Shown here in pieces: positions 62,981 to 64,000 of a DNA stretch of 64,000 bases (position 1 is the stretch's first letter; each line of letters starts with the position of its first letter). The DNA comes from the human T2T-CHM13v2.0 reference genome, Homo sapiens. The stretch lies in NCBI RefSeq assembly GCF_009914755.1, contig NC_060938.1. One strand, given 5' to 3'. The translations under genes and the position numbers were made by a program. The notes under the pieces were generated by a model that saw only the letters and a list, made by a program, of their open reading frames with translations, was not told the DNA's origin and did no database searches.

Positions 62981-63409
62981 TTTAAGCAAGCTTCATAAAA
63001 TTGAATAAGATGGAGTAAATGTATATTAATAGTTGGTATGTATTATTTATGGATATCTGCTAAAAATAATTATCACACATTACCTAAATTGATTTTTTAA
63101 CACAATCAAAAAGTTATATTGAGTGGGAAAGTCAGTTGACTCATCATCTAAATGCCAATAGTTTAAAACCCAAGTTTTAACAATGCCGTAATGAGTACAT
63201 GCTAGTTCAAATGCATTCTATTATAATTACAGGATCTTATAAAAGTATAGTGAGATTGTGAGTAATTAAGTCATTAGAGAGAGCTATTGAATTAAAATTG
63301 GAGAATATTGTAACGATTGATTTTTTTAGAAGACATGACAGACATATAATACTAAATATTGTATAAAGGAAATAAATGGAAAAAGTATCTGCTACACAGT
63401 GATGGAGGT

Positions 63410-63674
63410 GATTTCTTTCTCTCTTTCTTTCTCCTTCCTTCTTTTCTTTTCTTTGCTTTCTTTTCTTTTTTTTTTCAGGATCTTCCTCTGTTGCCCAGGC
63501 TGGCATATAATGGCATGCTCATGGCTCAGTGTAGCCTCAGCCTCCCTGGCTCCAGTGATCCTCCCACCTCAGCTTCTGAGTAGCTGGGACTACAGGCTTG
63601 CACCACCATACTTGGCTACATTTTTTGTTTGTTTGTTTGTTTGAGATATGGTCTCACTATGTTGCCCAGGCTGG
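63410..63674 (-). mobile_element. AluJ-like, interrupted by L1
   Basis: Reverse Alu right arm and start of left arm ('ctcactatgttgcccaggctgg') cut by poly-T. Confidence 0.88.
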
Positions 63675-64000
63675 TTTTTTTTTTTTTTATACTTTTAAGT
63701 TTTAGGGTACATGTGCACAACGTGTAGGTTTGTTACATATGTATACATGTGCCATGTTGGTGTGCTGCACCCATTAACTTGTCATTTAGCATTAGGTGTA
63801 TCTCCTAATGCTATCCCTCCACCCTCACCCCACCCCACAACAGGCCCCAGTGTGTGATGTTCCCCTTCCTGTGTCCATGTGTTCTCATTCTTCAATTCCC
63901 ACCTGTGAGTGAGAACATGCGGTGTTTGGTTTTTTGTCCTTGTGATAGTTTGCTGAGAATGATGGTTTCCAGCTTCATCCATGTCCCTACAAATGACATG
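63675..64000 (-). mobile_element. Young L1PA 3' end (continues beyond window)
   Basis: Poly-T then 'tatactttt aagttttagggtacatgtgcacaacg'. Confidence 0.96.

Overview
This is primate, almost certainly human, genomic DNA: it carries an AluYa5 with a long pure A-tail plus L1PA, MER41 and LTR14 elements. It is AT-rich and roughly 70% transposable-element derived (estimate by eye). I see no host protein-coding gene, CpG island, tRNA, rRNA or CRISPR array. The supplied ORFs are Alu read-throughs, L1 ORF1/ORF2 or ERV-L gag/pol remnants, or chance ORFs. Main structures: (1) an ancient ERV-L provirus on the minus strand (18409-32383) with both MLT2-type LTRs, a tRNA-Leu primer-binding site (PBS) and a perfect 5-bp target-site duplication (TSD, CTGGG), expanded to ~14 kb by nested MLT1, Alu, L1, LTR14B and a ~6.2-kb L1PA; (2) three independent 5'-inverted (twin-primed) L1 insertions; (3) a very young AluYa5; (4) a cluster of ERV1/MaLR solo LTRs at 54.8-62.7 kb; (5) a few repeat-free islands with promoter-like or exon-like signals. 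I found no convincing undescribed biological system. Subfamily names and most old-repeat boundaries come from recalled consensus sequences, not a RepeatMasker run.
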